Assembly: GCF_964355755.1 (NCBI RefSeq)
Contig: NC_092678.1
Location: 13,762,352 to 13,826,351 of the forward strand
Direction: 5' to 3'
DNA length: 64,000 nucleotides
Source: Antedon mediterranea
Taxonomy: Eukaryota; Animalia; Echinodermata
Below are positions 26,250 to 39,200 of this stretch, one piece after another. The stretch's first letter is position 1; the number at the start of each line of letters is the position of its first letter. Both the position numbers and the translations under genes were made by a program. The notes beneath the pieces were generated by a model that did not search any database, was not told where the DNA came from, and was given only the letters and a program-made list of their open reading frames with translations.

Positions 26250-26364
26250 GGAGTGGAGTTGTAAATTGTCATGAGAAAAAAACCCTGACATATGACAGGA
26301 CTTGAACCCAGGACCCTTAGATTGGTAGCCAAGCATCATAACCACCAAGCCACAGCTCCACTCC
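26250..26364 (-). mobile_element. tRNA-derived SINE-like sequence with complementary ends
   Basis: Minus strand TGGCTTGGTGG (A box), GGTTCAAGTCC (B box), T7 tract; ends GGAGTGGAGCTGT / ACAACTCCACTCC can pair. Confidence 0.65.
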
Positions 26365-26582
26365 ATTTCAAATTAAATAATATGGTCCCATCATTAGGAG
26401 GTAATTAAGTATTTAAAGTTAGTTAGTATCTATAGTATTATTCTATTCCCCAAGATAGTTAAAAGAACCAATGTCAATGGAGTTTCTTTTATAAACCATT
26501 GTTCAATAGTTTTTAGTTTACCCCCCCTCCCACCCCACAATTTTTAATGCTTTAATATTTTTCTACATTTACCGTGAATCCC

Positions 26583-27643
26583 TACGGTGGCCCACAACTG
26601 CCACGCACACTATATAAATCATATTAGTCACACAATTAAAGAAGGAATCACACAATTAAAGAAGAAATCACACAATTAAAGAAGGAATCGTATATAAACA
26701 AAAGAAAGCATGAAAATATAAAACGAAATGCACAAATAAAGAAGAAACGCGCAATTAAAGAAGAGCTAAGCACAATAAGAAGTCCGCAACAAATTCGAAA
26801 GCTCCTCCCACAATTAAAGAAGTCCGCAACATGGGGTCAAATGGAAGAAAATCAATGACTGGAAATGAGTCTATGAAAAGTTTACAAACATTTCATCATC
26901 ATGGCGCCAGCCATGAGTAGCCAACCGATTAAAGATGTGTTGAATAACCTAAAATTAATTCATCTTTTAACAAATTTTGAGAGAGAAAGGGTAAATTATT
27001 ATTATTAAATGTTAGGCTGACACTAGGCTAGGGAGGCCTAGCTAGCCTAGGCCATAAATCAAACCTTTTCTCTCTCAAAATGGTCAAATTGCAAGTTCTC
27101 TAACACATTAATCAGTGTCAATGAAATGATTAGTCATATATTGAAATAGCCTTCAAATTCATTTAATTCAACCAACCAAACACTCTACATGCTGCATCTA
27201 TATGTTTTGTAAACTTTTCATAGACTCATTTCCAGCCGTTGATTTTCTCCCATTTGATCCCATGTAAAAGGTTAGAATTTAATTGCGCCGTATAAAAAAG
27301 GGCCAAATCAAAAAGAGCCGAACGTAATGCAGAAAGAGCCGAATAAAAAAAGGGCCGAATTAAAAAGAGCCGAGCGTAATGGTAAATGGGCCGAATAAAA
27401 AAGAGCCGAATGCTGAAAGAGCTGCGTAATGGTAAATGGGCCGAATAAAAAAGAGCCGAATGCTGAAAGAGCCGAACGTAATGGTAAATGGGCCGAATAG
27501 AAATGCGACAAATGCTGAAAGAGCCGAACGTATGGTAAATGGGCCGAATAGAAATGCGCCGAATGGTAAAAGAGCCGAACGTAATGGTAAAAGAGCCGAA
27601 TAGAATTAAAATTTGCTGCCGGAGAGAGCGATGGCGTTCCATA
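26583..27643. mobile_element. Probable non-autonomous DNA element(s) with subterminal tandem repeats
   Basis: Starts TACGGTGGCC, ends GTTCCATA; CACAATTAAAGAAG repeats at 26630-26825 and (G/A)GCCGAA repeats at 27290-27600; no TSD found, so the two ends may not belong together. Confidence 0.45.
26830..27264. repeat. ~60-bp inverted repeats bounding a ~430-bp segment (MITE-like)
   Basis: ATGGGGTCAAATGGAAGAAAATCAATGACTGGAAATGAGTCTATGAAAAGTTTACAAA vs its reverse complement at ~27205-27263. Confidence 0.7.
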
Positions 27644-28675
27644 CTTTTCAACCTTATTTTTGTAGTTGAGCCTCTTGACCTCAAAATGTATTTTATTCCT
27701 ACACCAAGATAATATAGTTCCACATACCATGTGCTTGTTTACTAAGAAAAATATTAATTTTAAGTGCTAAAAAAACAGTTTTATCCCGATATGAGGCCTT
27801 TTATGATTCGAATATTTCATAGTAACAACCCATCTACCATGAAAAATATCTGTTTTGTCCATTTTAAAAATAATTTTTGGAAAATTCCGAGAGGCTCAAC
27901 TACCAAAACGCCATTTTATGGTATGATGTCATCGCAAGCCAATCAAACCTTCGCATTCGACCGCTCCACATGTCTCACGGTTGAACGATTGTCACATGGT
28001 GTCAGGCCTGTCCAATTACACGGCCGGGAAAATAATGCATTGAAATTCTTCGAATGAGGTTAAATAAACACTCTTTTTTTTTAATATAATAAATAAGTAC
28101 TATCATATTTGATTGAATTTTACAATGTTGATATACAAAATATATTACTTAAAACCGTGATTTTATATAATTATTTTTACGAAAAAAATGACTAGTTCAT
28201 GCAATTGTCGACTGAGGGCGCAATTTGTTTACATCATTCGTGGCTAAAAACGATCATTTTCGGCGATGTTTTAAACCCTATATTTCGAAAACTACAAGTC
28301 ATATTTTCATAATTCTTTCTTTATTATAATATTGATACAAAATACTAACAGGCAATGTATAACTTGTTTGCAAAATATTAACTTTTAATTTTACATCGTT
28401 ATCCCTAATACTACTAGGCCTACTACTACTAGCCTAGCCTAATAGGACTAGCAGGCCTAGCTACTCTAGGGCCAGGCCTAGCTAGGCCCTAGGCCCTATA
28501 GCATAGAGGGCCTAGTAGGCCTAGTAGGCCCTAGCTAGACCTGTGCTCTCTAAAAGCCTACATAGAAGCAGCTTTCCGGCTTAGTTAGCCTGGCCTTGAG
28601 TAGGCTAGCCTACTACTAGTACTACTAGGTAGGCCTAGCCTAGTATTACTCTAGTAGGCTACCTAATTAAAATTA

Positions 28676-29289
28676 TGCCGTGGCTAAAGATACGGTACCG
28701 TATTCTAACTTCTGTTTACTAAAGGTACGGTAAAATTGCATTACGTCATAACCAGCCAATGGGGTGCTGGTACGTGTGTGACGTCATCGTATAAGGACTT
28801 TGTGGATTTTTTTCGTATCGCGAAAACAGTGATCAACCGCATTTTCTTTATGCTTCATTTATCGATATTATCGCCGTCGTGTGTGATAAAAACTAAATGT
28901 AGCCTACGTCTGTTATTATTATTGAAAAGCCAAAACATGTTGATTTTAATTCTAGAATACAGAAAACCGTTTCAAAAGAGGCCTAGGCCTACTTACTACG
29001 TACTATAACCTCATTATATGAGTTTGTTTGTGTAGGGAAAGCGATGCCAGGCTGGGGCCAACTGCATGTGTGCGCTAATTTCTGTAACTCGTCAGCCCTG
29101 GGGCTACTGTCTAAATCATAGTATTTGAGGGCCCCTTTATATACAACGGATGCGATATGAAAAAAAGTCCTTATATGATGACGTCACACACGTCCCACCA
29201 CTCCATTGGCTGATTATGACGTAATGCAATTTTACCGTACCTTTAGTAAACAGAAGTTAGAATACGGTACCGTATCTTTAGCCACGGCG
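28676..29289. mobile_element. Mutator-like (MULE) MITE, 614 bp
   Basis: ~125-bp TIRs (GCCGTGGCTAAAGATACGGTACCG...), 9-bp TSD TTAAAATTA at 28667-28675 and 29290-29298. Confidence 0.88.
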
Positions 29290-30218
29290 TTAAAATTAGG
29301 CCCAGGCTCTACGCCTAGCTTGGCCTTCTAGGCCTCCTATATATTATTAATATATTATTTAATTATTATTAATTTTAGTTTTAATAAATTTACAGTATTC
29401 ATTACAAAAACTGTAAATTAATATTATGAGGATTATATACAGTATATACCCTATATGTATGCAATGACATAATAGGGAATATTATATGTAATAATTACAA
29501 TATAAATAATAATGACAAAAGCATCATATATTAACATTTGGTTTTGCTCATCACTGCATATTTAAATTAGTATGCAATCATATTACATTTAATAAGTTAA
29601 GTTAATTTTATAAAATTGTTATAATAATTATTAATGTTATACTATTGACATTGTAGGTACATATATAGCAGCAACCTGAAGTGGCTAAGCAGATTTGGAC
29701 CATACCTACCATCTATATAGGTAAGATTATTTTACTGTTCAAGAACTAGCAAATATTAAATTGGATGTTAAACAGTTTACCATGCTATTAATTTGTAATA
29801 TTAACAATCAATCACTACCACTGGCTGGGTAGGCTTTTTATTTTGATATACTAGCTAGACCTGTGCTCTCTAGCACTAGCAGCCTAAAGAGAAGCAGCTT
29901 TCCAGCTTATTTAGCCTTGCCTAGAGCAATAGGCTAGGTATAAGTAGGCTACCTAATTAGGCCTAGGATCTACGCCTATATATTATTATTTAATTATTAT
30001 TAATTTTAGTTTTAATATATTTACAGTATTTATTACAAATAATGTTTATTATGAGGATACCTGGCTATATATACCCTATGCAATGACATAGGGCATACGC
30101 CTACAGTACCCTGTATGTAATAATTACAATAAAAATAATGAATTTTAATAATCGTTTTTGCTCATCACTGCATATTCAAATTAGTGTGTATGCAACCATA
30201 GTAAATTTGATAAGTTTA

Positions 30219-31835
30219 TTGGTTATCCGCCTCAAGCGGATAAGCCCTTGGAATTGTTGTGTTTCTTTTTTTTTTTCTTTTTTTATTCTTCTTTCTTTCC
30301 GCCACTTTTGTACGCGACATTTCTCTGCAACGTGTTAACATAAAATGTTGTAACTTGGTAAACATTTAGACATTTAACTGAAGATGTGCAGCCAAGCTTT
30401 TTTGCGAGGTCAGATCCACGTAGCGTAAGTTACGCGCGATTTTCTGAAAATCTTAAATTGATCATAACTTCGAAACCGATAAATATTTTTTAACGTAACT
30501 TTCAGCCACGTTTTCTTCACATCAATGGCTAACTTTTTCGATCTTTAGCACATTTTTGAACACGAGAAAGTTTGCGCGTAAATTGCGTTTGAAATTTTAA
30601 AATGTTCCAAATTTGTACACGCTGTTTCTCTGCAACGCGTTAACATAACATGTTGTAACTTGGTCAACATATAGACATTTAACTGTAATTGTGCAGCCAA
30701 GCTTTTGGACGCTGCAAGAGGCGCGTATCGTAAGTTACGCGCGATTTTCTAAAAATCTTAAATTGATCATAACTTTGAAACAGATTTTTTAACGTAATTT
30801 TCAGCCACGTTTGCTTCACATCAATTGTTAACTTTTTAAACCCTACCGAATTTTGTAACATTCGAAAGTGCGCGCGTAAACGGCGTTTGAAATTTTAAAA
30901 TGCTTGAAATCAATTTCTGATTAAATTAGAGCACGATTCAGGTCATTTTAAGCGTTTAAAAATTGCCACTGGTGCGCACATTTTTACGCGCTCACGGCGC
31001 AGGGAACGCGTATGACCCTTTCTTTTGCATAAATTGTGTTTTTCAAACTTCGGTTAACACTTTTACGTTATTTTATTCACGTTTCCACTTGAAATGACGT
31101 TCTACAAGCACGTTAAACTTGACCGGTTGCGCACGTAAAACGTTAAAAAATGTGAAAATGTTGCAAAATATGTCTACTTTTAAATATGATACAGTTCATC
31201 AGAACGCCAGGTTACCCCTATTTTTTATTTTATTTTCTTACAGTGTATGAATCATAGGTGTGATTTATTATAGTGTTGAATGTTAAAACGTGTTTGATGG
31301 CTACATTATTTGCATATTAAATATAATTTTTGAAATTGTTATCATCAAACAAACAATAACATTTTCAAAGAGCAGAACAATAAACAAAACTTTTATATTT
31401 TTTCTTCACATGTTGAATATATAAAACTTGAAAGTATGCACTTTCGTAATATGTTTAAAATTTGTGAAGATTTCATAATACTAATAGTTAAACTTATGAT
31501 TTAGTTTGATATGTAATAATGAACTTCCATCGAGGGGTGTTCACGACATACCGAATGAACGAGTAATTTTTCTTCGGATTTTCTTTAGCAGGAGTTCATA
31601 TGGCTCGATATGTAGTGCAACCGACTTTGGTATCAGAGGTACCGGGATCGAATCCCATCACGGGAAAGCAATTAAATAAAAGGATTTATTAGGCTATTAC
31701 ACTGAAAGGGCAGTTTTAATTTCGAATAGGCTACTTTTTGGAAAAGGCATAGCTGAAAAGTACTTGAATGCGCAAGATACGTTTTGTTGCGGGCGGATAA
31801 CCAACTCGTCCTAAAGTGACGAGTTTAAGTTCTAG
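30219..31835 (+). mobile_element. Complete solo HINE (non-autonomous Helentron-type element)
   Basis: TT-GGTTATCCGC-ctcaa-GCGGATAA head; GCGGATAACC + AACTCGTC..GACGAGTT hairpin + CTAG tail; internal ~310-bp duplication; empty site visible in the neighbouring repeat copy at ~32455-32475. Confidence 0.9.
31600..31665 (+). pseudogene. Degenerate tRNA-derived segment inside the solo HINE
   Basis: TGGCTCGATATGTAG...CCGACTTTGGTATCAGAGGTACCGGGATCGAATCCC (A-box-like, B-box-like). Confidence 0.5.
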
Positions 31836-34800
31836 TTTTAATTAATTCTTATAATAATGTTATACTATATTTTAAGGTACATATATAGCGGCAACCCGAA
31901 GTGGCTAAAACATTTTGAACAGATTTGGAACAATACCTATACCTACCATCTATATTGGTAAGTTTATTTTACTGTTCAAGAACTAGTAAATTTTAAATTG
32001 TGTTTACCATATGCTATTAATTTGTAATATTAACAATAAATTATTACCACTGGCTGGATAGGCTAGGCCTATATTATAGGCCCTATTTTTATTTTAATAT
32101 ACTAGCTAGACCTGTGCTCTTTAGCACTAGCAGCCTACAGAGAAGCAGCTTTCCAACTTATTTAGCCTAGAGCAATAGGCTAGGTATTAGTAGGCTACCT
32201 AATTAGGCCTAGGCTCTACACCTATATATTATTATTTAATTATTATTAATTTTAGTTTTAATATATTTACAGTATTTATTACAAATATTGTTTATTATGA
32301 GGATACCTGGTTATATATACCCTATGCAATGACATAGGGCATATACGCCTACCCTCTATGTAATAATTACAATATAAATAATGAATTTTAATATTCGTTT
32401 TTGCTCATCACTGCATATTCAAATTAGTGTGTATGCAAACACAGTAAATTTAATAAGTTAATTTTAATTAATTCTTATAATAATGTTATACAGTACTATT
32501 TTTTAGGTACATATATAGCGGCAACCCGAAGTGGCTAAAACAATTTAAACAGATTTGGAACAATACCTATACCTACCATCTATATAGGTAAGTTTATTTT
32601 ACTGTTCAAGAACTAGTAAATTTTAAATTGTGTTTATCATGCTATTAATTTGTAATATTAACAATCAATCACTAACACATGTACAGTACAGCAGTAGTAC
32701 TATCAATCAATAGTAATTGAAATATTGACATACTATAGTATTACTTTTACATATTTATTATTATATTAGGCATTGTTAAAAGGAAATTAATACAATGCAT
32801 TGCAATATTCCTTTAACATTTAAAAATGTACAATATTTTATGATCATTAATGTTAATGAATCATTCTTTGTTGGCTTTCTTGCATTTGTTGGGTTTATTA
32901 TTTCATTTTGTATCATTGGAGATGTGAAAATAGCATGTACTGCCAAGTCATGGGCTTCAATTTAATGCAGCAATCGATTTATGTATATTAATGTATGGAT
33001 GTTGGTTTGTTTGTTTTTTCGTCATTGTTTTGTCAGTTTGGTGAAGTTGTGAAATTTATAAATAAAAAAAAAAAGAAATCATAATACAAATTCAGTTAAG
33101 TATGATTTTTGCACACCGAGAGACGCACCCCCTGGCGCATATACCGATGTGGTCTTTCGTCAGTATTCATCAAGATCAAGATTAGTACTTTGGAATTCTT
33201 TCCTATTTAAGCTATTTCTTATCTGACTTGAACGACAACACATTATGATAAATTGATAGTACAAATCACATCCACGTCAAATAGTGATAATGGGAAATTA
33301 AGTGTTCCGAGAGCCTTTTTAATTTAAAAGTTAGCCAGAGCCTTTTTCGATAGGCTATAAATAGAAAGTTACCGAACATTTCGAGCGACGCGAGTTCTGA
33401 CTTCCGTATTTTATAGGCTGTCTAAATTTTCTTTTTAACTCGTTTATATTAAATTATATTGCTGTTTAATTGATTTCTGTGTATTAGGAATATTTATATT
33501 AAACAAAAACCACAACAGTACCAATTTTTGTTGATTATGGATTCATTTATTCGAATTCTAAGATAAACGTCTAAGCCAAGTGTAAGCGTAAACAAAGCGA
33601 GTCATACGACGAAAACAAGAAAGTGAAAACTAACTAGTTTGTTAAAATAGTTAACATTAATTTGGAATTTTTAAATGAAATTCTGAAAACGGTATAATAT
33701 AGTCTTATATGTATTTTCTAAGATTTCCAAAAATAAGCTTGGTGTTATTTTTCAAACAAATTCTATAAGGAGTTGAATATAGGTCTGTTTTAAGCGAAAG
33801 CACGGTGCGCGTAGGCCTAGGGAGACGCGGCAGGGCTGGAATAATCGTTTTCTTAGGCGCGGCGAAGAGAATGAGGAAAGATGCGCTTCATCATTGGCCC
33901 CTCGATTGTTATTCTTGTTAAGTGGCTCATTCATAATCTTAAAATATGAGGACAAAGGGCTTAGAAATTTTGAAATAAAGTGTTGAACTTTCATTTTTCT
34001 TAAAATTATTAAGAAGTGGGTGGTGGGGCTGTCTGCAAGCTAGGCCTGGACTGTTTAAATTGGTAAAATACTATAAAATCAATACATTCTTGGGGCTAAA
34101 TAATTAATGAAATTTCACGATTCCCTTCTTTTTATTATAATAATGGAGCAATAAATGAAATACACACCATTTAACATAAAACCTTTAATATTATCACAAA
34201 TTAGACAACAAGTTTTGTACATCAAATTAACATCTTTTGTACTAGGCCTTTTTCTATTTATATTTATAATGATTATTTATTGCCGATTTATAAGATTTAT
34301 AACTTTATAAGAATTACCGCACAACAACCAACCTCCGCTTGAACCTTTAAATAAGTAAATTAGGAAAATATCAAGTTTTTAAAAATTAAATGTCCTTTGG
34401 CAATAAAAATCTGTAGATATCCATAAAATTACTGTATGTGTTGTTTCACATATGCCGGTAAATTAATGAGAAATTGTTGTTGATTAATGCTATTTCTATT
34501 GTATTGAAGTATGCAGACAGCTTAATAAGAACATCCCTCTGTGATCTGTAAAAAAAAAAAACATTAATAAATTAATAATAATCATTATTTAGTCTAAATA
34601 TTTGTAATCATTTATTTTTATTTCCTTAGGCCTAGGCCTATAAATACGCGCGCCTGACAATGAACACGCGCCAACAATACACGCACTACTCCACTATAAT
34701 AACAGGCTAAAGCCTAGCTCTCTTACCTGTAAACTAGGCATAGACTATATTGATTTTTAAATAAAATAAAAGAGGCTTTGTAAAGTTGTATGATTAAAAA

Positions 34801-36279
34801 CAACTTTCCTATATATTATATAATGTTCTTATTATTTTAAAAAGCAACATTTTTAATCTTATGGTGTAAAAAAATGATATTAGCTACAACCATGTGTTCC
34901 ATTTTCAGCAGTAAAATAACCAAAAAGGCACATGTTTAAGCAGCCATTAAAAAAAAATAAAAAATAACACCAACGAGATTTTTTTATTAACTACTATTGA
35001 AAAATTAAATATCCAGAAAATATAAAACCCACCTTCTCAAAAAATTAGGTTGTTTTATTACAGCCTCAACAAGTTAGACGAAATTTTAACATTCGAATAC
35101 CCTAAAATTGTTTAAAAACATCGGTGTAATTCACCCTTGTTTGACACAGATATAATGGCTTTGTCGATAAAAAAACAATATCACGTGGTTCGTAGATGCT
35201 GTGTCAAAAAGGTTTTCATGAATTATTCATTAGTAAATAAAACCAAAAGTTCCAATTGGCCAGTTTGCAAAAACTTAATATTTATTTTTAAAAACAAAGT
35301 TGCTTCCGGGTAATTGTTCACGCTGTCTCGTGTGCAAAAACGATTCGCTGCCGATAGAGGGCTCACTACTTTTTTTCCCTGGTGAATTGAATGTGAAATA
35401 TTGAAGAAATTCATAATAAAATTGTAATAATATATGTTTCTATTCTATAATAAATAATAACGACATGCATATATTTCGGGCGACAACGTTGATTGGGGTG
35501 CATGCAACAGATGATTTATTGCGCGATTATTTTTTATATTTTAAAACATAATGTTTAATATTTGGTTACCCTCACATTTACAATTATGACCTGTAGGCAG
35601 TAAGCAGTAGCTCAAAAGAGGCTTAGAAGGATTTCTTTTCCACCTCTTGGATCAACATTTTGAAAGTTGATATTGTGAAATGACTAATGTTATTGTTACC
35701 CACAATATATCAAAATTTCTCTTATTTTCATATTTTGAGCAATGGCTTCTCAAACGTACCCAAATACTGCAAAAACGGCACTTTTTGAAGTCTGGGGTTA
35801 CTTTTATGGGCCAAAATCTTTAAAGGTCATTTTTCAAATGTTATACTTTCTCTGTGAATAGTCTACTAGTATATTGTGTACACTTATCGACAATTTTAAA
35901 AATAAGTATTTCGTATGTGAGGAAAACTGAAAAATTAAAATTATTTAGTTGTAATTGCACTTTTCAAGATTTTTAAGACATAATATCTTCGTAACTAATT
36001 GACATACCATATATATTATTCGAGAGGGTTGTCAGGCAGCTTTAGGAATTTTTTATTTATGAAGGTGCAAAAACTGAGATTTGGCTAATTTTATAGATAA
36101 TTTTAATATTCTTCGTTGTTTGAGCAGTTATACAGTATCTTGATAATCAACTCTTACTATGTATATATATAATTATATATTCATGCAATGGGTGTCCTAG
36201 TGAGTTAGTGACACACAAGTGAAGTTTCAACGCAAATGAAATTATTATGCAATAGTATGATTGTAATGTAACTGCATTT

Positions 36280-39200
36280 TTAGGTGATCATTTAGAATAA
36301 AATGATCACCTATTGTTATTGTATCAAATCTTTATTTTTAGTTTTCCGCATTGAGCGGATAACTCCTTGTAATTGTATGAAATCATCTTTTTTTTTTTTA
36401 GTTATCCGCTTAGTAGCGGATAACTCCTTGTGATTGTAGTGGATCAATATTTTTTTTTTTAGTTATCCGCTTAGTAGCGGATAACTCCTTGTGATTGTAT
36501 TGGATCAATATTTTTCTGTATTATTCTTCTTTCTTTCCTTCCTTTTTGTGAGACGCGTTTCTCTGAAATGGGTAAACATAACATTTCATAACTTTGTCAA
36601 AACATGGGCATTTATGTGAAGTTGTGCACCTCCTATTTTGAATGACGTCAGAGTTGCGCAATGTGACTTACGCGCGATTTTATGATTTTTTATGATTGAT
36701 CTTAGATTAAAAACCAAGCATAATTTTTTTTTTTACAATTTCTGAAAATTTAAGTCATATCAAGGGCAATCTTTCTGTTGATTAAAAATGGCATGTTTTA
36801 CAAGAAGTTACGCGCGCACGTGCATTTAAAATTTTAAAATGCGCAAAATTAATTTCTAATCAACTTTTTACGCCATTCATGACATTTTGCGCATGTCAAA
36901 ATTTCCCGCGCACGCGAACAATTTTACACGTGCAGTGCGCACGCAGCATGAAAATCATGTTTTTTTCTATTAAATTGTGATTTTCCAGCCTTTCCTAGTC
37001 ATTTTTAAAAAGATTAACATCATTTCAAATTAAAATGACGTCATACGTACACGTTGATTTAGACCATTTGCGTGCGTTGTAGTTGCAAAAGTTACAAAAT
37101 ATTGTCAAAATTATGCCTATTTTGAATCTATTATAACTCCTCAGGATCAACCGTTACCCCTGATTTTTTAAATTTAATATGAAAGCAGTTATGTTGTAGA
37201 TATGAATTCATGCAGAATTTTTTCTTCACGGATGTTGTGACGTCATCATATGGCCACACAAATGTAAAATATAGGATTTTTGTCTCTTTAGTTATTGCTC
37301 ATCACATTCAATGGAGCGCATCACGCTTATCCATCTTCCATTTTCACCGAGATTTTAACATTGTCTAGGTCAATCAACTATCTTTCGCATGAGTTAAACA
37401 TATTCTAATTTTGATGACGTCATCATGCCTAAAAATTTTAATTACGTGGGTCATTAATTTCATCTTTACAGTAAATTTTAATCTGTTATAGCTCGTAAGA
37501 ATAAAATGTGATAATCACGATTAAAACGTTTTCTGGAAGCTATTGGATTGTAGATACGAATTCATGTAAACATTTTGCCAATCAGATGTAGTGACGTCAT
37601 CATATGGCCAGTTGAATAAAAAAAGTTGTATTTTTATATTTTGCGTCATAGTTCATCACATTTAAAAGAGCGCGCATCTATATTTCACGTATCCAAATTT
37701 CTTCTACAGGTTAATATGTTGTTGCTGAGATAATATCCTTCCGAAATTGTTATTTTAGTGTTTCATTTTGATACCGTCGCCATGTTAAAAAATGGTATAA
37801 ATGACGGGTCCCGTAATTTCACCTATTCTACACTGTATGTAATATGTATACAGATTATACTGTTTATACTGATACTATGATACAAAATTGACAGAATTCA
37901 GCACTAACAACATATCATATTCTTCAGATCAGATCAGGTCATAATGCCATTATCTTTTTCTGTGTGCAAAATTCCAACGAGTATGACGTGCACGTGGCGT
38001 TTGTCGTGCGGATAACTAACTCGTCAAAGTGACGAGTTTCATGTCTAGTTAGTTATCCGCTTAGTAGCGGATAACTCCTTGTGATTGTATTGGATCAATA
38101 TTTTTCTTTTTAGTTATCCGCACTTGGCGGATAACTCCTTGTTATTGTATGGGATCAATATTTTTTTCTGTATTATTCTTCTTTCTTTCTCGCTATTTTT
38201 GTGTAGAGCGTTTCTCTAAAATGTGTAAACATAACATTTTATAACTTTGACAACATGTGGGCATTTACGTGAAGTTGTGCACCTCCTATTTTTGAATTAC
38301 GTCAGAGTTGCGCAACGTGACTTACGCGCGATTTTATGATTTTTTATGATTGATCATAGATTAAAAACTAAAAGTGATTTTTAATTGACACTTTGTGAAA
38401 GTTTAATTTATATCATGCGCTAACTTTCTGTTTGAAAAAAATTGCGTGTTTTACACAAAGTTACGCGCGCACGCGCATTTAAAATTTCAAAATGCGCAAA
38501 AATAATTTCTAATCAACTTTCTACGCGTTTCATGTCATTTTAAGCATGTACAAAATTACCGCGCGCGCGAAAAATATTACGCGCACGGTGCGTATAGAGC
38601 ATGAAAATCATGTTTTTTTCTCTTGAATTGTGATTTTCCAGCCTTTCCTAGTCATTTTCAAAAAGATTGACATCATTTCAAATTAAAATTACGTCATACG
38701 AACACGTTGATTTAGCCCATTTGCGCGCGTTTTAGTTGAAAAAGTTACAAAATGTTGTCAAAATTATGCCTATTTTGAATGTTTTATAGCTTCTCAGGAT
38801 CAACGATTACCCCTAATTTTTTTAACTTAATATGTAAGCAGATATGTTGTAGATATGAATTCATGCAGAATTTTTACCTCACGGATGTTGTGACGTCATC
38901 ATATGGCCACACGAATGTAAAATATAGAATTTTTTTGTCTTTCGTTATTGCTCATCACATTCAATGGAGCGCATCACGCTTATACGTATTTCTTTTTCTC
39001 CGAGATTTTAATATTGTCTAGGTCAATCAACTATCTTTCGCATGAGATAAAAATATTTTAATTTTTATGACGTCATCATGCCTAAAAATTTTAATTACGT
39101 GGGTCATTAATTTCATCTTTACAGTAAATTTTAATCTGTAATAGCCCGTCAAAATAAAATGTGATAATCACGATTAAAACATTTTCTGGAAGCTCTTGGA

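Larger units (their letters stand above)
28531..32675. repeat. Three tandem ~630-700 bp units; copy 1 carries a MITE, copy 2 carries a HINE
   Basis: CTAGCTAGACCTGTGCTCT starts at 28531, 29851, 32102 with colinear downstream sequence. Confidence 0.88.

Noticed and set aside
27226-27730. 165-aa and 140-aa minus-strand ORFs
   Set aside because: Products of the GCCGAA tandem repeat.
28410-28665. TAG/CTA/GGCC low-complexity tract (also ~55180-55280)
   Set aside because: Simple-sequence expansion of a motif common throughout the window; no periodicity or coding signal.
33150-33175. Possible fourth hammerhead (minus strand TTGATGA...GAAA)
   Set aside because: Core lacks the C of CUGA and stem II does not pair.
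33100-36270. Scattered short inverted similarities suggesting an old TIR element
   Set aside because: No definable termini or TSD.
36340-36520. CRISPR-like look of palindromic repeats at ~60-bp spacing (also 42758-42990)
   Set aside because: Intervening sequences are homologous, not unique spacers; no cas genes; eukaryotic context; they are stacked transposon heads.
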